Shown here: positions 59,285-64,000 of the stretch, one piece after another
Layout: every line of letters begins with the position of its first letter
Position numbering within the stretch: position 1 is the first letter of the stretch
Assembly (NCBI RefSeq): GCF_003019035.1
Contig: NZ_CP027447.1
Reading direction: 5' to 3' (one strand)
Source: Escherichia coli
Lineage (GTDB): Bacteria > Pseudomonadota > Gammaproteobacteria > Enterobacterales > Enterobacteriaceae
Length of the DNA: 64,000 bases
Notes under the pieces: generated by a model
The model's database searches: none
The model's input: only the letters and a program-made list of their open reading frames with translations
What the model was told of the DNA's origin: nothing
Program-made: the position numbers and the translations under genes

Positions 59285-60565
59285 TCAGGGCAGAGCAACG
59301 TTCGATTCATTGGGTTTTAATGCTTTACCCCGACAGCCCTCGCCGAAATGTTCGCCTTCCCACCGACTCACCATCGCAGCGCCCATTGCGTTGCTCATGA
59401 CGTTTGTCGCGGAACGCCCCATATCAAGGAACGGATCAACGCCCATCAGCAAGATCAGCCCCGCTTCCGGAATATTGAACTGGTTGAGCGTGGCGGCGAT
59501 AACCACCATTGAGGCGCGTGGTACGCCAGCCATTCCTTTCGAGGTCAACATCAGGATCAACAGCATGGTGATTTGCTCACCGATGGATAAATGGATATTG
59601 CAGGCCTGGGCGATGAAAACTGTGGCGAAGGAGCAGTAGGCCATTGATCCAACGAGATTAAATGAGTAGCCAATGGGTAAGACAAAGCTGGCAATTTTGG
59701 GGGAAACGCCAAATTGCTCCAGTTTTTCAAGCGTTCCCGGAAAAGCCGCTTCAGAACTGGATGTGGTAAATGCCAGCAGGGCGGGTTCCGAAAGGGCACG
59801 GGTCAGGCGTCTGATGCAGGGGCCGACATAAACGATGGCCAGACCGATAAGCAGCACCCAAAGTAACAACATGGTGAAATAAAATTCACCCATAAAGATC
59901 CCGGCGCTCACCATAACTGCCAGTCCTCGTTCAGCAATCAATGCTGAAATAGCGGCGAATACGGTCAGGGGAGCGAAGAGCATGACGTAGCCAGTGAGCT
60001 TTAACATGGCATGTGCCAGCGAATCTAAGGCGTGAACGATGGCGCTGCCTTTCTCACCAATCGCCGTCAGGCTACAGCCGAGGAAAATTGAGAACACCAC
60101 GATTTGCAAAATTTCATTGTGCGCCATGGCATCGACAATGCTGGTGGGGAAAGCATGCGAAATAAATACTTTTAGTGTAAAGGGTTCTGACGCGACCACT
60201 CCGGTGGTTTCGGCACCGTGTGCAACAAAATTAATTCCTGTGCCTGGCATGAAGAAATTTACCGTTATCAAGCCTAAGGCAATTGACAGCAATGAGGCGC
60301 AAATAAATAAAAAGAGTGTTTTAGAAAAAATACGACCAAGGGCTTTGGCATCTCCCATTTTAGCTATACCTACCACCAGGGTAGAGACCACTAACGGAGC
60401 GATAATCATTTTTATCAGTCGTAAGAAAATCGTCGTGAATATCGATATTTCTTGCGCATAGAGTTTTGCGGTTTCCGGTGAAGCAGTGTTATTGAGCACT
60501 ACGCCGATAATCATTCCAAGTACCAGCGCCAAAAGAATCATCGTGGTTAAACTTATTTTCTTCAT
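59285..60565 (-). CDS. Dicarboxylate/amino acid:cation symporter family transporter (about 426 aa)
   Basis: Polytopic membrane protein; start MKKISLTTM with GGAGG 5 nt upstream; DAACS-like fold inferred. Confidence 0.7.
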   Translation of the reverse strand: MKKISLTTMILLALVLGMIIGVVLNNTASPETAKLYAQEISIFTTIFLRLIKMIIAPLVVSTLVVGIAKMGDAKALGRIFSKTLFLFICASLLSIALGLITVNFFMPGTGINFVAHGAETTGVVASEPFTLKVFISHAFPTSIVDAMAHNEILQIVVFSIFLGCSLTAIGEKGSAIVHALDSLAHAMLKLTGYVMLFAPLTVFAAISALIAERGLAVMVSAGIFMGEFYFTMLLLWVLLIGLAIVYVGPCIRRLTRALSEPALLAFTTSSSEAAFPGTLEKLEQFGVSPKIASFVLPIGYSFNLVGSMAYCSFATVFIAQACNIHLSIGEQITMLLILMLTSKGMAGVPRASMVVIAATLNQFNIPEAGLILLMGVDPFLDMGRSATNVMSNAMGAAMVSRWEGEHFGEGCRGKALKPNESNVALP

Positions 60566-60725
60566 TTTTTCCTCCATCAGGTGCACGGCGATAAATCAGA
60601 ATCAGGAGAAGTAGATGCCTGAATAGAGATTCAGGCATCTACCTGCTATTACAACCTTACAAATAGCTGAAGTGTTGAACTGCAATAAGTGACGGGATGT
60701 CAGTTGGCTAAAAGTATTCGGATTT

Positions 60726-61043
60726 TTACAAATCGAAACTCATATTTAATAAAGGTGCATGTTGCTGTGCACCATAGACATCATTGTCACCTACATTCCC
60801 GGAGATAATATCTCGTGGCATGACGATTTTTACTGCGTTAGAAGGATCAAACCAGACAATACGGTGAATAAAGTCAGGTTCAACATGATATAAGCGCGCA
60901 ATCAGTTCTGGGGTTAATTGCCCTGATGATTTAACTCGCTCATAGTTTTCTTTCGTTTTAAATAAAATATCTAAAACCAGTTCGTAAGGTCCGGCATTTT
61001 TCGAACGAATGACTTGCGCCAGTGAGACAATTGACTGTTTCAT
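60726..61043 (-). CDS. Small conserved protein of unknown function (105 aa), tentatively DUF4387-like
   Basis: ORF translationally coupled (4-nt overlap) to upstream unknown gene; family assignment from memory, unverified. Confidence 0.6.
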   Translation of the reverse strand: MKQSIVSLAQVIRSKNAGPYELVLDILFKTKENYERVKSSGQLTPELIARLYHVEPDFIHRIVWFDPSNAVKIVMPRDIISGNVGDNDVYGAQQHAPLLNMSFDL

Positions 61044-62410
61044 GCCTGAACTCCTTCTGGCGTCACCTGTTCAATATGGAAATCAAAACGCAGAGCGTCG
61101 TTGGCTTCAATCAGGTGATATATGGAAAATTCGTATACCGGCCCGCCCTGGATATCAGAAGGGGAGAACGGGAACGCCAGATTGCCTGCGGTAGCGATGC
61201 GGTTTTCATAGCCGTAGTGCAGCATGGTAGAGCGCACCAGCGAGCAAACGCTATTGGCAATTTCCTGGGTCGGTGCAACTACATCAAGGACAATCCCCAG
61301 CTCATGCCCGGCAGTTTGCATCGGTTCATGGTCGCCCATCACCCCATTTTTGCCGTACAGGTGGAAATTGATGCGAATGCTGTCATCGTCGAGCGACAGG
61401 TTACGTGAAACGCTGGTTTTGACTTCATCGATGATTTTATCGATCCCGGCGATCATGATCGGGTCGCGCGTTCCTGCGATGGTCAGACAGCGGAAGCCCA
61501 CCCGTCGCGCACCTTCCAGTTTCAGGGCATACGGCGTTTCTTCATGCTTAGAACCGCTGACGTACACTTCGCCGTCATTGACCGCTTTAAATGTGCAGCC
61601 TTTCAGGTTCAACACGCCGCCAGGTCCAGGCAGGAAGTAGGGATCGGATTTCTCATACAGTGTGTGTGCAGCCGCTGACGTTTCGGTAAATTTACGCTTC
61701 GGATTAAATGTCTTCAGCGTAAAGCCGTTGTCATCAATGATGCCCATCGCACAGTCAGAGCCTGAGCCGGGCGTTGCGGCGATTGCCGCGCATTCAAGGA
61801 TTTTCCCACAATGCAGCGCCAGACCTTCATCAAAGCCTTGCATGATCGGTAGCGCAGCAAAGCAGGCCGGGTCGTAAGCGCGCCCGCCCAGCACCACTTG
61901 CGCGCCTTCTTTCAGCGCCTGCTGGAAGGGTTCGATGCCCATTTGCGCGACGATATACGTACTTTCGTCAATCGCGTCGTGGGTTAACGGCGGGACAAAA
62001 TCCAGCGCCGTGATTTTGCCGTTATCCAGCGCCTGGTGGACGATGGCTTTGTCAACGTCTGCCGGGATCAACGCCATCGAGAACGAGAGGTGCTCTTCCT
62101 GGGCAATCTCATGAATTATTTCTCGGCACCACTCCAGGTGTGGAGCGGCACCAGAACCGCCGGCCGTTCCGATCACCACCGGTATATTATTTTGCACGCC
62201 TGCGGTGATCATATAGCGCAGATCGCGCTTGACCCCTGCGCGATCGGTAAACGGTTTGCCCGCTCCGAGGTAGTGGGGGCCAGGATCGGAAGAGCCTGCA
62301 TCAACGGCGATCAGATCGGGCGATTCTGCCATCGCTTTGCGGAAGCTCTCTTCAGGGAATCCATACCCGAGGATTGCCGTTGGCGATAAGACTTTAAAAG
62401 AACGAGCCAT
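61040..62410 (-). CDS. Conserved protein of unknown function (456 aa), tentatively DUF1446/AtuA-like
   Basis: Long ORF with good coding signal immediately downstream of mal; no recognisable catalytic motif; family assignment tentative. Confidence 0.65.
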   Translation of the reverse strand: MARSFKVLSPTAILGYGFPEESFRKAMAESPDLIAVDAGSSDPGPHYLGAGKPFTDRAGVKRDLRYMITAGVQNNIPVVIGTAGGSGAAPHLEWCREIIHEIAQEEHLSFSMALIPADVDKAIVHQALDNGKITALDFVPPLTHDAIDESTYIVAQMGIEPFQQALKEGAQVVLGGRAYDPACFAALPIMQGFDEGLALHCGKILECAAIAATPGSGSDCAMGIIDDNGFTLKTFNPKRKFTETSAAAHTLYEKSDPYFLPGPGGVLNLKGCTFKAVNDGEVYVSGSKHEETPYALKLEGARRVGFRCLTIAGTRDPIMIAGIDKIIDEVKTSVSRNLSLDDDSIRINFHLYGKNGVMGDHEPMQTAGHELGIVLDVVAPTQEIANSVCSLVRSTMLHYGYENRIATAGNLAFPFSPSDIQGGPVYEFSIYHLIEANDALRFDFHIEQVTPEGVQA

Positions 62411-62413
62411 TTG

Positions 62414-63655
62414 TTAATCCTTAGCCTGCAACAGCGCGATAGTACGATTCATTTCGTTGAAGACGATATCGAGGCCTTCGTCAAAGCCCATCCCTGGCTT
62501 TACCAGCATACGCATAGGGCGAGCGGCAAGGGCGACGTGGACACAGGTGCGGGCACTGACATCAGTTTCATTGCAGGTGCCGCCCTGGTACGCTTCCATG
62601 CTGTGGCTGTTGCAGTAAAGAACCGCATCGACGATGTTGTGAATACTGCCCAGATCCGGGGTTTTGATTTGCACCATGTGGCAACTGGCGGCATCAGTGA
62701 AATCAACAATATCCTGGTAGGTGTTACACCATTCATCGGCCACAATTTTCACGCCGGAACCGAGGCGCGTCAGCTCTTTGGTAATCGCGGTCAGCAGGCG
62801 AATTTGATCGGGCTTGTTACCGGCATCGACCGGCCCTTCAATGTAGAGCGGCAGGCCTTGCGCTTCTTTTTCCAGGCTGGCGATGTATTGCGCACAGCGA
62901 AGCGGATCCATATCGAAGATCAGGCCGATAGTGCCGTATACATCGATGTGCAGGGTTGGGTGGTAGCGTGCGCTGGTGCGCTTGCTCAGAATACGATCCG
63001 ACAGCCAGCGGACATATTCGCGCAGTTTTTCACCTTTAAAGCCCAGTTTCTCTTCGACGTTATTAATCAGTGCATGGGGCAGCACGTCGATGCCCTTAAG
63101 GATCATCTTATCGACGGCGATATATCGATCGTCCCCGCTCTGACCAAATAATGGAATGGATTCCGCCACGCGTGGCAACTGCCATTCATCGCAAACTACT
63201 TCAGTTTTCAGACGGCCGGTTGCCAGCGCGGTAGCATCAAGCAGCGCCTGTGATAATCCGTAGCGCACGGCGGTATGTAGCAAGTTGCCGTCAATACGCA
63301 ATTTGTCGAAGAAACGGGCATTCGGCAGGAAAGCATCCACATCGCGGCCTACCAGTAATGGCTTGATATGGTCGTTGAGGAACGGAATAAAGTGCTCTGC
63401 GAGGAACAGTGGATCGCGACCACCTGCCCCGGAATACTGTACGGCAGCACAGTCACCTACGGCGACCGCGCCGTTTTCCAGAATCAACTGTACCGATACG
63501 CACTCCCCGGCCTGACGTACGGCGTTAAACCCCTGTGTTACTGGCTCCCCGGTATAAAAAAAGCCGTCGTGACCCGCTCCGTTTTTTATCGCCTGCTGGT
63601 CATCGAAATAGAATGAGGAGTAGCCAGCGGTGAACAGGGCCTGTTTTATTTTCAT
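62414..63655 (-). CDS. mal: 3-methylaspartate ammonia-lyase (413 aa)
   Basis: Enolase-superfamily MAL motifs: AGHDGF, CAAVQYSGAGGRDPLF, SGDDRY, VLPHALINNVEEKLG, ADEWCNT, MVQIKTPDLG, GGTCNET, KPGMGFDEG. Confidence 0.9.
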   Translation of the reverse strand: MKIKQALFTAGYSSFYFDDQQAIKNGAGHDGFFYTGEPVTQGFNAVRQAGECVSVQLILENGAVAVGDCAAVQYSGAGGRDPLFLAEHFIPFLNDHIKPLLVGRDVDAFLPNARFFDKLRIDGNLLHTAVRYGLSQALLDATALATGRLKTEVVCDEWQLPRVAESIPLFGQSGDDRYIAVDKMILKGIDVLPHALINNVEEKLGFKGEKLREYVRWLSDRILSKRTSARYHPTLHIDVYGTIGLIFDMDPLRCAQYIASLEKEAQGLPLYIEGPVDAGNKPDQIRLLTAITKELTRLGSGVKIVADEWCNTYQDIVDFTDAASCHMVQIKTPDLGSIHNIVDAVLYCNSHSMEAYQGGTCNETDVSARTCVHVALAARPMRMLVKPGMGFDEGLDIVFNEMNRTIALLQAKD

Positions 63656-64000
63656 TATGGTCTTCCTATTAATTTACTGTGGGATACAGCATTGATGTCA
63701 TCTACAACCATCTGGAATGTCGGTTGGCGTCCTTCAAAGCGTGCGCGTTCCGCAACGTAATCGTGGTGGAGGTCGAGAATATCTTTTGGCAATGGAACGG
63801 CTCCGGCTTCCAGTACGCGTATCGCGCCGGTGTTGTCACGGACCGGAAGAATTTTGCCCGCGTTGCAGGCGGCTGGCGCAAACGGCACATCCAGTACGCC
63901 CGCTTCAAATGCTAGCACCGTACCGCGCGCAATATCACCATTACCCAGTTCGAACACTTTATTCAGTACCGCGCGAACCTCGCTCTTAATCAGTTCAATT
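63655..64000 (-). CDS. glmE: Glutamate mutase E (large, B12-dependent) subunit, C-terminal part only; gene continues beyond window
   Basis: C-terminal sequence ...FELGNGDIARGTVLAFEAGVLDVPFAPAACNAGKILPVRDNTGAIRVLEAGAVPLP...FEGRQPTFQMVVDDINAVSHSKLIGRP resembles clostridial GlmE/MutE C-terminus; stop overlaps mal start by 1 nt. Confidence 0.8.
   Translation of the reverse strand, partial: IELIKSEVRAVLNKVFELGNGDIARGTVLAFEAGVLDVPFAPAACNAGKILPVRDNTGAIRVLEAGAVPLPKDILDLHHDYVAERARFEGRQPTFQMVVDDINAVSHSKLIGRP

Overview
This window looks like an Escherichia coli-type chromosome segment: about 45.8 kb of conserved core followed by an accessory island that runs past the window end. The core (1-45.8 kb) carries ybfF (partial), seqA, pgm, ybfP, potE-speF with the speFL arrest-peptide leader, kdpFABC-kdpDE, ybfA, an RhsC element, ybgA-phr, dtpD, ybgI, pxpBCA, nei, abrB, gltA, sdhCDAB, sucABCD and the sdhX 3'UTR sRNA. 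The RhsC element has a C-terminal toxin tip, an overlapping immunity gene, orphan immunity-like ORFs, two Rhs core remnants and a truncated H-repeat transposase. The island starts inside the sucD/sdhX terminator (45.8 kb) and contains an RtcB-family paralog, a hut-like operon (hutU, NCS1 permease, hutD, hutI, hutG, HAL-like gene), a LysR regulator, and a B12-dependent glutamate-fermentation cluster (cobalamin adenosyltransferase, class I fumarase/mesaconase, symporter, two unknown-function genes, methylaspartate ammonia-lyase, glutamate mutase E partial). The strongest candidate for something undescribed is the HAL-family gene at 54033-55703: it has lost the Ala-Ser-Gly triad that forms the MIO cofactor and carries an N-terminal signal peptide, yet sits in an operon with canonical hutU/hutI/hutG and no true hutH or hutC. 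The two unknown genes embedded in the methylaspartate cluster are the second candidate. No CRISPR array, rRNA or tRNA gene was seen. All calls are from reading the sequence and ORF track against remembered protein families; no database search was run. Hand-indexed coordinates (terminators, repeats, small ORFs) may be off by a few bp, and one sequence line near 8701 appears to be 59 nt long.
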